Below, piece after piece: positions 1-9,600 of a DNA stretch of 34,324 nt (positions are counted from its first letter, which is position 1; each line of letters begins with the position of its first letter). Source of the DNA: a virus (taxonomy: Duplodnaviria > Caudoviricetes); the IMG/VR virus record IMGVR_UViG_3300017747_001659, positions 1-34,324 of that record; one strand, written 5' to 3'. The translations under genes and the position numbers were made by a program. The notes beneath the pieces are model-generated. The model saw only the letters and a program-made list of their open reading frames with translations, searched no databases and was not told the DNA's origin.

Positions 1-1575
1 ATGCCTTATAGCTCCGAAAGCGGGAAGGCGTATATTCGTAACATTATTAGTCGCGTTAAACATGACCGGATGCTTGATATAGGTTGCGGAAGTGGCACCT
101 ATGCAAAAATGTTTCCTGAAGCCAGTTGGGTCGGTGTTGAGGCTTGGGAGCCTTACATCAATGAATTTGGACTTAACAACTTTTACGAGCAGATTATTCT
201 TGCTGATGCAAGAGGTCTGAGATTAGCTACTCTTGGTCGCTTTGATGTTGTCGTTCTTGGTGATGTTCTTGAGCATATGGAAAAGATTGATGCTCAGAGA
301 CTTCTTGAGAATGTAAAATGTATCGCTGATACAATTATTGTAAGCATCCCCATAGGATATTACCCCCAAGATGACTACAATGGAAACCCGCACGACAGCA
401 ACATAACAGATAAATGGACAGATTCTGATTTTAGGCAGACGTTAGGGGAGCCTACAGTTGGATACATAGAAAAAGAGATCGGGGTTTATTGCTGGTCAAA
501 CCAAAAGGTTAGGCCAAAAATTTGCGTTTACGCGATTAGCAAAAACGAAGAACAGTTTGTTGAGCGGTGGGCTAAATCGGCAGAAGCTGCTGATGTTCTT
601 GTTATTGCCGATACTGGAAGCACTGATAGAACATTTGAAATTGCAGCTAAGTGTGGCGTTCAGGTTTATGAAATCTGTATATCTCCTTGGCGATTTGATC
701 ATGCTAGAAATGCGTCCATCGCCCTTATCCCCAAGGATGTAGATATTTGCGTTAGCCTTGACTTAGATGAAGTCATGGAGCCGGGCTGGCGCGAAGAAAT
801 AGAACGGGTTTGGACGTCCCAAACAACGCGCCTCCAATATTATTTTGATTGGGGTTGCGGCGTTAAATTTAACTATCAGAAGATACACGCCAGGCACGGG
901 TATCATTGGCACCACCCATGCCACGAATACCCCGTTCCCGATGGTCGTATAAATGAGATATACGCCTACACGGATCGCTTGCTGGTTAGCCATCATCCCG
1001 ACCCGACAAAGAGCCGTGGTCAATATTTAGACCTCCTTGCTCTTTCGGTTAAAGAAGATCCAATCTGTCCTCGAAATGCGTTCTATTACGCGCGGGAACT
1101 GTCGTTCTATTCCCGTTGGGACGAATCAATCGTTGAGTGCAAGCGCTATCTGGCGCTGCCGGGGGCCAACTGGATTAACGAGCGCTCCTATGCGATGCGA
1201 ACGCTTGCCAAGTGCTATGAGGGCAAGGGGGACTTGGGAGAGGCTGAGGCTTGGTGGCTTCGTTCTGCCGCAGAGGCTCCCAATACCCGTGAGCCTTGGT
1301 GCGGATTGGCTACGTTGTATTATACCCAAGCCCGTTGGCAGGAATGCTATGGCGCAGCTATGAGGGCCTTGGCGATCAATAACCGCGAGCTTGTCTATAC
1401 CGTCGATCCCGCCGTTTGGGGGGCGCAGCCTCATGATCTTGCGGCTATCGCGGCTTGGAACCTTGGAATGAGAGATATCGCTGCGGAGCAAGGAAAACTT
1501 GCCGTTGACTTGTCCCCGGACGATTTCAGGCTCAAAAACAATCTGGAGTGGTTTTTGGGCAAAAAGGCAGCCTAA
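1..1575 (+). CDS. SAM-dependent methyltransferase / GT2 glycosyltransferase / TPR-like fusion
   Basis: N-terminal LDIGCGSG and DVLEH motifs. Central KNEE...DTGSTD...FDHARN...LDLDE GT2 motifs. C-terminal helical TPR-like repeats (YYARE, A..W..LA..Y). Confidence 0.85.
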   Translation: MPYSSESGKAYIRNIISRVKHDRMLDIGCGSGTYAKMFPEASWVGVEAWEPYINEFGLNNFYEQIILADARGLRLATLGRFDVVVLGDVLEHMEKIDAQRLLENVKCIADTIIVSIPIGYYPQDDYNGNPHDSNITDKWTDSDFRQTLGEPTVGYIEKEIGVYCWSNQKVRPKICVYAISKNEEQFVERWAKSAEAADVLVIADTGSTDRTFEIAAKCGVQVYEICISPWRFDHARNASIALIPKDVDICVSLDLDEVMEPGWREEIERVWTSQTTRLQYYFDWGCGVKFNYQKIHARHGYHWHHPCHEYPVPDGRINEIYAYTDRLLVSHHPDPTKSRGQYLDLLALSVKEDPICPRNAFYYARELSFYSRWDESIVECKRYLALPGANWINERSYAMRTLAKCYEGKGDLGEAEAWWLRSAAEAPNTREPWCGLATLYYTQARWQECYGAAMRALAINNRELVYTVDPAVWGAQPHDLAAIAAWNLGMRDIAAEQGKLAVDLSPDDFRLKNNLEWFLGKKAA

Positions 1576-1672
1576 ATCCCCGTCTACAAAGGCTTGGAAA
1601 AAGGCTGATTTTATTGTAAAAATATAGGGGCCGCTTTTATGCGCCTCTTATGGATCGCGGAGCCTTCCCTAA

Positions 1673-1909
1673 ATGGAATCTCAAATGATGATTAACCTCG
1701 CAGCCGGGGCAGTGCTGGCGGGGCTGGGATGGTTTGCGCGCGTCCTGTGGGAAGCCGTGAATAAATTGCAGGAAGATCTCCACCAACTGGAGGTTGAGCT
1801 TCCCAGCAACTATGTTCGCAAAGACGAATTTTCGGATAACATGAGAGAAATCAAAGAGATGCTTGGCAAAATCTTTGATCGCCTCGATACAAAAGTGGAC
1901 AAACACTGA
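1673..1909 (+). CDS. small single-TM membrane protein with coiled-coil tail (holin-like)
   Basis: Hydrophobic N-terminal helix INLAAGAVLAGLGWFA followed by a charged coiled coil. Confidence 0.6.
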   Translation: MESQMMINLAAGAVLAGLGWFARVLWEAVNKLQEDLHQLEVELPSNYVRKDEFSDNMREIKEMLGKIFDRLDTKVDKH

Positions 1910-2472
1910 TGCTTCCCATTTTCTACGTCTATGAGCATTGGCGTCTGGATAAGGACGAATGCTTTTATGTCGGAAAAGGAAAGGGAAAACGTGCATACAG
2001 TTCAAATCGCAATCAACATTGGAAAAATATTGTTTCCAAGCTTGAGCGTGAGGGTTCTGCATGGGAAGTCAGGATAGTTGCGTCTGGTCTTTCTGAAAAA
2101 GAAGCTTTTGACCTTGAGGTTGCACGGATAGCTTTTTGGAAAAACAAGGTTGATTTATCTAATAAAACTGATGGAGGATTGGGACATAGCAACCCGACAG
2201 AGGAAACCCGAAAGAAATTGCGCGCGGGAAAAACCGGCAAACCTATTTTTGATAAGATAACCTTAAAAAACAACACATTGAATTTATGGAAAAATCCAGA
2301 ATATCGGGCAAAACAAATGGCTGAACGCCAAATAAGATTCACTAAAGAATTTAGAGATAAGCTGTCAAATTCCCATATTGGTCATAAAGATTCTGAAAAA
2401 ACAAAATTGGAAAAAAGCGAATCTGCCAAAAAGGCATGGGCAAAACGTAAGGAAGCTAACTTATGTCGTTAA
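1909..2472 (+). CDS. GIY-YIG homing endonuclease with NUMOD3-like repeats
   Basis: YVYEH...FYVGKG..R, E..AF.LE and N.TDGG motifs. HSNPTEETRKKL and HKDSEKTK repeats. AT-rich relative to its neighbours. Confidence 0.85.
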   Translation: MLPIFYVYEHWRLDKDECFYVGKGKGKRAYSSNRNQHWKNIVSKLEREGSAWEVRIVASGLSEKEAFDLEVARIAFWKNKVDLSNKTDGGLGHSNPTEETRKKLRAGKTGKPIFDKITLKNNTLNLWKNPEYRAKQMAERQIRFTKEFRDKLSNSHIGHKDSEKTKLEKSESAKKAWAKRKEANLCR

Positions 2473-3173
2473 CTTACACAACGTATGTTGCCCAATTAGC
2501 AAATATTATGGCTGTTGACCCGACGACAGCACAATTTCAAACGATGTTGCCCGGCTGTATCGACTACGCAGAACAGCGCATTTACCGTGAACTTGATCTT
2601 TTGAACACGGTTGTTCGGACAGCGACTTCGACTTTTGTGGCGACAAATCGAAATTTCACTTTGCCAACAACCGCAAATGGCAACTACATCACAATTCAAG
2701 GCATAAATGTCATAACTCCAGCCGGTTCGGCTCCAGATAATGGAACCCGGAATGCTTTGCAGCCGACAACCCGCGATTTCTTGGACACTGTCTGGAACAG
2801 CGTGACAGGGGCTTCGTTGCCTAAGCTGTTCGCAATGATTGATCAGTTCAATATTGTGGTTGGACCTTGGCCTGACAACTCATATACCGTTGAAGTCATT
2901 GGGACAATTCGCCCAAATCCTCTTTCGGTTACGAATACGACAACATTCCTGACCCAATATTTGCCAGATCTGTTTCTTGCCGCCAGCATGATCTTTGCGA
3001 CCGGCTACCAGAGGGACTTTGGCTCACAGGCGGATAATCCCGCACAGGCGGTTTCTTGGGAATCGCAATATGAAAAACTGTTCGCTTCAGCGAATGGTGA
3101 GGAACTGCGTAAGAAATTTGCTGGCCCCGGCTGGACAAGCATGTCGTCAATAGCCAACCCCCCGGTGAGATAA
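2463..3173 (+). CDS. putative head-tail adaptor / tail tubular protein
   Basis: IDYAEQRIYRELDL...GPWPD..Y.V...PDLFLAAS pattern typical of phage adaptor proteins. Lies just before the tail nozzle gene. Confidence 0.6.
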   Translation: MSLTYTTYVAQLANIMAVDPTTAQFQTMLPGCIDYAEQRIYRELDLLNTVVRTATSTFVATNRNFTLPTTANGNYITIQGINVITPAGSAPDNGTRNALQPTTRDFLDTVWNSVTGASLPKLFAMIDQFNIVVGPWPDNSYTVEVIGTIRPNPLSVTNTTTFLTQYLPDLFLAASMIFATGYQRDFGSQADNPAQAVSWESQYEKLFASANGEELRKKFAGPGWTSMSSIANPPVR

Positions 3174-3174
3174 C

Positions 3175-4974
3175 ATGCCTTTTGAAACCCTTAGAATTAT
3201 CCCCAGCGTTGATGTTGAAAAAACGCTGGCGGATAACGCTCAAGGCATTTCCGAATCTAACTTTATCCGCTGGCGGGATAAGCTCCCTGAAAAACGTGGG
3301 GGTTGCCAGCTTTATGCTAATGCTCAGTTTAGTGGGTATATTACAGACTTACATGCTTGGCAGGGTCTTAACCAAGATAAATATCTTGGAATAGGAACAA
3401 CGACTAATCTTTATACATACTCAAACAATTCTGCCAAAGACATCAGCCCGATATCTTATACTGATGATATAACGCCAGATATATCGTCAACATCCGGCGC
3501 TAATGTATTTGTGGTAGATGACCCGGTTTTTACGCCGGTTTCTACATATTATAAGGTTGTATTTAACACTCCCGTTTCGATAGGCGGCGTAATACTTAGT
3601 GGCGCATACGACATTGCTGCGCTTACTGGCGGATCAACATATGAAATTGTTGCCGCAACCAGGGCAACTGCAACCGTCGCCAATGGCGGCGATCTACCTG
3701 AGTTTGTGACTACATCTGGCAGTAGCCTTGTCACTGTCAATTTTGCAGATCACACATATCTCGTTGGTCAGCAAATAGCATTTACTGTTCCTACAACGGT
3801 CGGCGGCATTACAATCTATGGCAATTATATTGTAACTCAAGTTGTTGTCGCCACATCCTTCCAGTTCATAGCTCAGAATGAAGCGACTTCAAGCACCTCT
3901 TCTTTTATGAATGGCGGTGACTTAAATTTAACTTATTGGATAACTGAAGGCCCTCTACCTACCGGCTCTGGTTACGGTATCAATGGATACGGTGATGGTG
4001 GTTACGGAACAGGCGTGGTGCCTCCTGCCCCTGTGTCTGGTTCGACACTAGCCACTGACGATTATTACTTAGATAACTGGGGCGAAACTTTAATTATATC
4101 CCCTGAGGGGTATCCGTTATTTACATGGTCGCCCATATCCAACTTCCAAAATGCGGATATGATCGTCACATCTCCGTTGCAGAATTTAGGCGCGTTCGTC
4201 GCCATGCCCCAGCAACAGATAATGGCCTGGGGATCGACATATAATGGATTGAGCGATCCTCTCCAAATTCGTTGGTGTGACGTTGGCAACTACAATGAAT
4301 GGACTCCATCAGTCACAAATCAAGCTGGTGGTTATCGCATACCTACCGGATCAATTATTAGGCGTGGTTTTCAGGGGCCGTCGCAACAATACTGGTGGAC
4401 GGACATTGATCTCTATGTCGCTCAATATACGGGCCCGCCGTTTGTCTACGGTTTCAGTAAAATAGGATCAGGGTGTGGTCTTATTGCGTCTAAGGCTGTT
4501 GCTCAACTTGGTCCAACAATTTACTGGATGAGCCAGAAACAGTTTTTCATGACCAGTGGGTCAAATGCTCCTCAGCCTATACCGTGTTCTGTTTGGGATT
4601 TTGTTTTTCAAAACCTAGACTGGAACAACGTCGATAACGTGGAAGCAGCGCCGAACTCTCAGTTTAATGAAGTTAGCTGGTTCTTTCCAACTGTTGATAA
4701 TGTTGGGCTGTATCCCGGAGAAAATAACGCATATGTTTGCTATAACGTTTTATATAATGAATGGGATTATGGTTATCTATCAAGGACAGCTTGGATAGAT
4801 CAGTCTGTCCTTACAACATCAAATGGACTTTATGGTCCGATTGGCGCTGGTAGTGACGGTTATATATACATTCACGAAACTTCTAATGATAACGCTGGTG
4901 TTCCGATAAACGCCTATATGAAAACGGGTTATTTTTCACTTACTAATGGGAATGATCTTGTCTTTGTTGATTGA
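3175..4974 (+). CDS. tail tubular protein B / P22 gp10-like packaged-DNA stabilization protein (N-terminal part; in-frame TGA at 4972-4974)
   Basis: Beta-rich, propeller-like sequence (IRWCD..N..W....TNQAG, WTDIDLY, GCGLI, YWMS, RTAWID). The frame continues past the TGA. Confidence 0.65.
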   Translation: MPFETLRIIPSVDVEKTLADNAQGISESNFIRWRDKLPEKRGGCQLYANAQFSGYITDLHAWQGLNQDKYLGIGTTTNLYTYSNNSAKDISPISYTDDITPDISSTSGANVFVVDDPVFTPVSTYYKVVFNTPVSIGGVILSGAYDIAALTGGSTYEIVAATRATATVANGGDLPEFVTTSGSSLVTVNFADHTYLVGQQIAFTVPTTVGGITIYGNYIVTQVVVATSFQFIAQNEATSSTSSFMNGGDLNLTYWITEGPLPTGSGYGINGYGDGGYGTGVVPPAPVSGSTLATDDYYLDNWGETLIISPEGYPLFTWSPISNFQNADMIVTSPLQNLGAFVAMPQQQIMAWGSTYNGLSDPLQIRWCDVGNYNEWTPSVTNQAGGYRIPTGSIIRRGFQGPSQQYWWTDIDLYVAQYTGPPFVYGFSKIGSGCGLIASKAVAQLGPTIYWMSQKQFFMTSGSNAPQPIPCSVWDFVFQNLDWNNVDNVEAAPNSQFNEVSWFFPTVDNVGLYPGENNAYVCYNVLYNEWDYGYLSRTAWIDQSVLTTSNGLYGPIGAGSDGYIYIHETSNDNAGVPINAYMKTGYFSLTNGNDLVFVD

Positions 4975-4986
4975 GTTTTACCAGAC

Positions 4987-5229
4987 ATGAAGTGGGGTCA
5001 ATACTCTCAGGCCCAGAATGCTTCTATAAAAATAACATTCAATGTAACGGATTATGCTGGCCAAGATCCAACGGTGTATGGGCCTTTCACGTTTACCCGG
5101 CAGACGCCTTATATTGAACCTAGATTCCGTGGTCGTTTTGTTCAGATAGTTGTCGAAAGCTCTGACCCCGGAAGTTTCTGGCGCCTTGGCTCTATTCGCT
5201 ACCGCTATGCCACAAGTGGACGCAGATAA
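4987..5229 (+). CDS. C-terminal part of the tail tubular protein (same frame as 3175-4974)
   Basis: RFRGR...WRLG..RY....GRR is a typical C-terminus for this family. Separated from the upstream ORF only by TGA-V-L-P-D. Confidence 0.6.
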   Translation: MKWGQYSQAQNASIKITFNVTDYAGQDPTVYGPFTFTRQTPYIEPRFRGRFVQIVVESSDPGSFWRLGSIRYRYATSGRR

Positions 5230-5591
5230 TGACAGACAATGCCATAATCACATCCGCACAAAATACTGCGGTTGCGATTAACAACCTCGCGTCTGCCACA
5301 AATAATGCATACGGAACGGCTAACTCTGAAACTCAAGGCGGTGGTATAACCACACAAGTTACCACTGGGACAGGTCGCCTAAACAATATAACGATTACTG
5401 TTTCGGCGGCTGCTGAAGTTACGATCTATGATGCAACAAACACATCATCAATCTCAGCATCTAATGTATTAGCGGTTGCCGCCGCATCTGCCGCAGTCTC
5501 AACGATAGTCGTGAACAAAATATACAGTAAAGGGCTGGTTCTTGTTACCGGCGCTGGCGTATCGGCAAACATCACCTATTCGCCGTTCTAA
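5229..5591 (+). CDS. small virion structural protein
   Basis: T/A/N/S-rich beta protein, translationally coupled (TAATG) within the tail operon. Confidence 0.55.
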   Translation: MTDNAIITSAQNTAVAINNLASATNNAYGTANSETQGGGITTQVTTGTGRLNNITITVSAAAEVTIYDATNTSSISASNVLAVAAASAAVSTIVVNKIYSKGLVLVTGAGVSANITYSPF

Positions 5592-5602
5592 GGTCAACTG
5601 AA

Positions 5603-6136
5603 ATGCCGCTCCTCAAAGGTAAAAGCCAAAAAACCATATCCTCCAATATATCGGAGTTGGTTCATTCTGGTCGTCCCCAGAAGCAGGCTATCGCAATAGC
5701 TTTAAGCACGGCTCGCCGCTCCAGGGCGTCGGGTGGAGCGGATCGAAAGGTTTTTCATGGACCAATCGTTACACCGATTCCGGGCAGAACTGACAGGCTC
5801 CCTATCCACGTTTATTCGGGCAGCTATGTCATTCCTGCGGATATTGTTTCCGGTTTAGGGGAGGGCAACACTCTCGCCGGATACGAATCTATAAAGCGCA
5901 TGTTTGGACATCATCTCAAGGCAAAATACGGCCTGAGAGGCTCCTACCATGAGAACCGTGACGTTGTTCCGGTTATCGTGGCTGGGGGCGAATACATACT
6001 GACGCCAGAAGAAGTTGAGGCCGCCGGAGACGGTAATTTGGACAATGGCCACGCCGTTTTGGATGCGTTCGTTAAATCCCAGCGCCGTAAGTTAAGGCAG
6101 AAGCTGGCTAAATTGCCCGGCCCCGCGCAAGACTGA
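5603..6136 (+). CDS. putative internal virion protein
   Basis: Basic N-terminus (GKSQKTISSNISEL...KQAIAIAL), RASGG motif, then two D..P....G.Y.(I/L)P-type repeats. Confidence 0.55.
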   Translation: MPLLKGKSQKTISSNISELVHSGRPQKQAIAIALSTARRSRASGGADRKVFHGPIVTPIPGRTDRLPIHVYSGSYVIPADIVSGLGEGNTLAGYESIKRMFGHHLKAKYGLRGSYHENRDVVPVIVAGGEYILTPEEVEAAGDGNLDNGHAVLDAFVKSQRRKLRQKLAKLPGPAQD

Positions 6137-6143
6137 GGTAAAT

Positions 6144-6608
6144 ATGGAACTTCAAAATTGCCCTGATGTTCGTTTGGCAGAGCTAGACGACCTCCCAGAG
6201 CTTATGCGTTTAACAAAAATAGCCTGCACAGAGGACGCACAGCATACCTATGATGCTGAAAAAGTCCTTAGTGTTTTAAGGCTTCATTTTGAAAAGCGCG
6301 GTGGAGTTGTTGGCGTCGTTGGTGAGAAGGGCAAAGAATTAAAAGCCTACATCATCATGGTTATCAATGAAGTTTGGTATAGCCGCGATCACCATGTTCA
6401 GGAGTTGAGTCTGTTCGTTGCTCCCAATCATCGTCGGTCAAACTACGCCAAACAGCTTATGCAGTTTTCAAAGCAAACGTCTAATGTCTTAAATCTTGAT
6501 TTGACTATTGGCGTTCTATCAAACGAGCGGACGGCCCCGAAGGTTCGTCTTTATCAGCGTCAGTTCCCTGCGGCTGGCGCTTTCTTCGTATATCATCCTG
6601 AAGGCTAA
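6144..6608 (+). CDS. GNAT-family acetyltransferase (virion assembly associated)
   Basis: VRLAELDDLPEL, LFVAPNHRRSNYAKQLM (motif A) and RLYQR. Lies directly before the ejection genes, as in podoviruses. Confidence 0.75.
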   Translation: MELQNCPDVRLAELDDLPELMRLTKIACTEDAQHTYDAEKVLSVLRLHFEKRGGVVGVVGEKGKELKAYIIMVINEVWYSRDHHVQELSLFVAPNHRRSNYAKQLMQFSKQTSNVLNLDLTIGVLSNERTAPKVRLYQRQFPAAGAFFVYHPEG

Positions 6609-6619
6609 GGAATAATATC

Positions 6620-9600
6620 ATGGGCACCAAAGGCGGTTCGGGCGGCGGCTCCAATCAAATGGGCTTTCAGGCGACTACGTCTACCTATACGCCAAACCCA
6701 GAAGCGATGCAGGCGTATCGCCAAGCCCTTGGCATGGCTGAGAACGTCGCAAGCATTCCTTATGAGGCTTATCAGGGTCAAATGACCGCTGGTTTCACGC
6801 CAGACCAGATCGCAGCGTTTCAGGGAACGCGCGAAATGCAGGGTATGGCGCAGCCTTATATCAATGCCGCCACATCCGCCGTTAATCAGTCCATGAATTT
6901 GGCTGATCCGCGCAACTTTACCCCTGCGGCTTTACAGCAATATTACAACCCCTATCAGCAGAACGTCATTGAATCGTCGAAGGCGATGATGGCGCAGCAG
7001 AACGCCCAGCAGCAGGCCGATCTTACGGCCCGCGCTATTCAGCAGGGCGCTTATGGCGGTGATCGTTCTGGCGTTGCTCGTGCGGCCCTTATGGGTCAAC
7101 AGGCGCTTGCGAATCAGCAAGTCTTGGCCGGGCTTCAGCAGCAGGGTTATCAGCAGGCTGTTAGTCAATATAATCAGCAGCAGCAGCAGGCTATTGGGGC
7201 GGCCCAGCAGGGTGCCTACAGCCTTGGTCAGCTTGGCCTTCAGGGTCAGCAAGCGGCGCTTCAAGGTATTCAGGCGCTTCTTGGCACTGGCGGTATGCAG
7301 CAGCAGCTTGGTCAGCAGCAGCTTACGGCTGCTTACAACCAGTGGCTTCAGTCTCGCGCCTATCCCTATCAGCAAGCCAATTTTTATGCTGGTATTGCTT
7401 CAGGTATTGCGCCCAACATGGGCGGCACGACAAATACTATGGGTATCGGCAATAGCCAGACGCAGCAGCAACAGGCTTCTGGCGGTGGTGGCGGCGCTGG
7501 TATGCTTACGTCTGCCCTTTCGTTCCTGCCGATGTTGTTCGGTGGATCTGATAGAGACGATAAGACTGATATCCAATATTTGGGTAAAGACCCGGATACA
7601 GGAGAAAAGCTTTATTCATATCGCTATAAGGGAGATCCTAAATCTTATCCTAAAGTCGTCGGCCCGATGGCTCAGGATATCGAAAAGGATGATCCTGATC
7701 GCGTTCGTGAGGTTGGCGGACATAAGATTGTTGAGGGCCTTGGCCATCTTTCGCCAAGCCAAAGAGAAGGTCGCGCAAATGGTGGTTCTTCCATTTATGG
7801 CTCCCCGACTGTAGACCCGACCGCCTATCAAAAGTCGCCTTATGAAGCGAATCAGGCTTTTGATCCGGGGTTCAAAACTGGCCTTGAGGCGGTCATTGAC
7901 CCGGCGATGGCAAACCAGATTGCCAGAAGTAGATGGGTGTCTCAGCAGCCTGACGAAAGCCAGAGCCAGCAGACCATTGATGAACAGATGCAATATCGGA
8001 ACCCGGAATATAACCTGTTCCCGTATTTTCAGGATGGTCAGCAGTCGCAAAGCCCATTTGATGGCAATGCTGAACGTCCTCAGATGTATGCCGATGGCGG
8101 CGGAGTAGGTGGTCTTGGCGACCTGATGAAGGCCAAAACTCCGTTTGGGGCTGCTGCTCCTTATGTTGAAGCGTTGCCGATTACTCCCGGCAAAGCGCAT
8201 ATTCCTGAGCCTCCGCGCATGAACTGGCTGCCTGGGCTTCCGGGCGGCGGTCCGTCTGGCGGTGGTGGTGGTGGAGGCGGCAGTGGCGGCGGTGGTGGTA
8301 TGCCGAAGCTTCCCAAAATGGGCGGTTCAAAAGCTGCGTCTGCTGGGGCTGCCGCCCCTGAAGCTGCGGCTGCGGCTCAATCCCCTGAAGCTGCGTCATC
8401 CGCTCCTACTCCTGAAGCGGCCACGGCGGCTCCGGCTACAGAAGCTGCTGCGGCTCCAGCCCCGGATATGGGCGCGGCTGCGGCTCCCGCGATGGATGCG
8501 GGTCTTGGCGGTCTTGGTGGTGGGATTGGAGACATTTTCTCCGGTCTTGGCGGTATGCTCCCCATGTTCAACCATGGTGGTCGCGTTCATATGGATGGCG
8601 GGGGCGCTGCTGGTGCGGCTGGACCTTCTGGGGCTATTGGCTCCAGTGGGTTTGAGGGCGCTTTGGGGGCTGGCGTTGGCGCTATTCCGGGCCTCATTGG
8701 TCAGGAAGGAACTGGGACGCTTGGCTCTCTTATGCCTTCGTTCAAACCTGCTCCGACCAAGGGGCCGATGGGCGATATGTCCTATAAGGGTTGGCTTGAT
8801 CGGGCGATGATGCTTGATCCGGGTCCGCAGACGACACCTGAAGAACAGGGACAACCTTCGCTTCCGAAGCCGGGAAGCCAGCCCCCGCGTCCGTTTATGC
8901 CGGGTGAGATGCAGTCCAAGGTCGTTGGTGAGCAGAACAAGGGCATCGACCCCATGCTGATGATGGGCATGGGCAAGATGGGCGGCAATCTTGCCATGTC
9001 CACCATGCTCTCCAATCAGCAGGCGTCGAATGACGCTAAATCATTGCAGAAAGAATACCAGCAGAAACGCGCTGATATTCTGGCGACACCGCAGGCTCCG
9101 GCTGGATATTCTCAGTCCCTCGCCAGCAATATGTTTAATCCGCACACTGGCTTGTTCAATGTGAACTACGGCACCTACTACATGCCGCATTACGCCGATG
9201 GCGGTCGTGTTGGCATGGCTGATGGTGGTGATCCGACTCGTTATCAGCCGACTTCCCGTGACCTTGATTATTGGGCGCGAACGGTTGCCAGAGAGGCTGC
9301 GAACCAAGGCGATAAAGGTATGGCGGCTGTTGCTCATGCCATCAAAAACCGACTTGAGAGCGGCAGATATGGCCGGTCAATTGCTGATGTCGTAACGGCT
9401 CACAACCAGTTTTCGCCATGGAACTACAAAATGCGCGGAACGCATAATGATCCGCGTTTATTGAGCGTTAACAGCCCTGAATATAAAAAGGCTATGGAAA
9501 TTGTTCAGGGCGTTGCATCTGGGAAAATTCCCAACCCAATTGGTTCGGCTGTTAACTTTGCTAATCCTGCTCTTTCCAGTTCGCGTTCACTCCGCACTTG

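Noticed and set aside
6932-7375. CAG-rich repeats and antisense ORFs in the ejection gene
   Set aside because: Poly-Gln coding sequence. The shadow ORFs arise from codon bias, and there is no repeat-spacer structure.
8240-8520. GGT/GGC runs and PEAA repeats as a possible array
   Set aside because: Low-complexity Gly and Ala/Pro linkers in frame; not CRISPR or a VNTR with fixed units.
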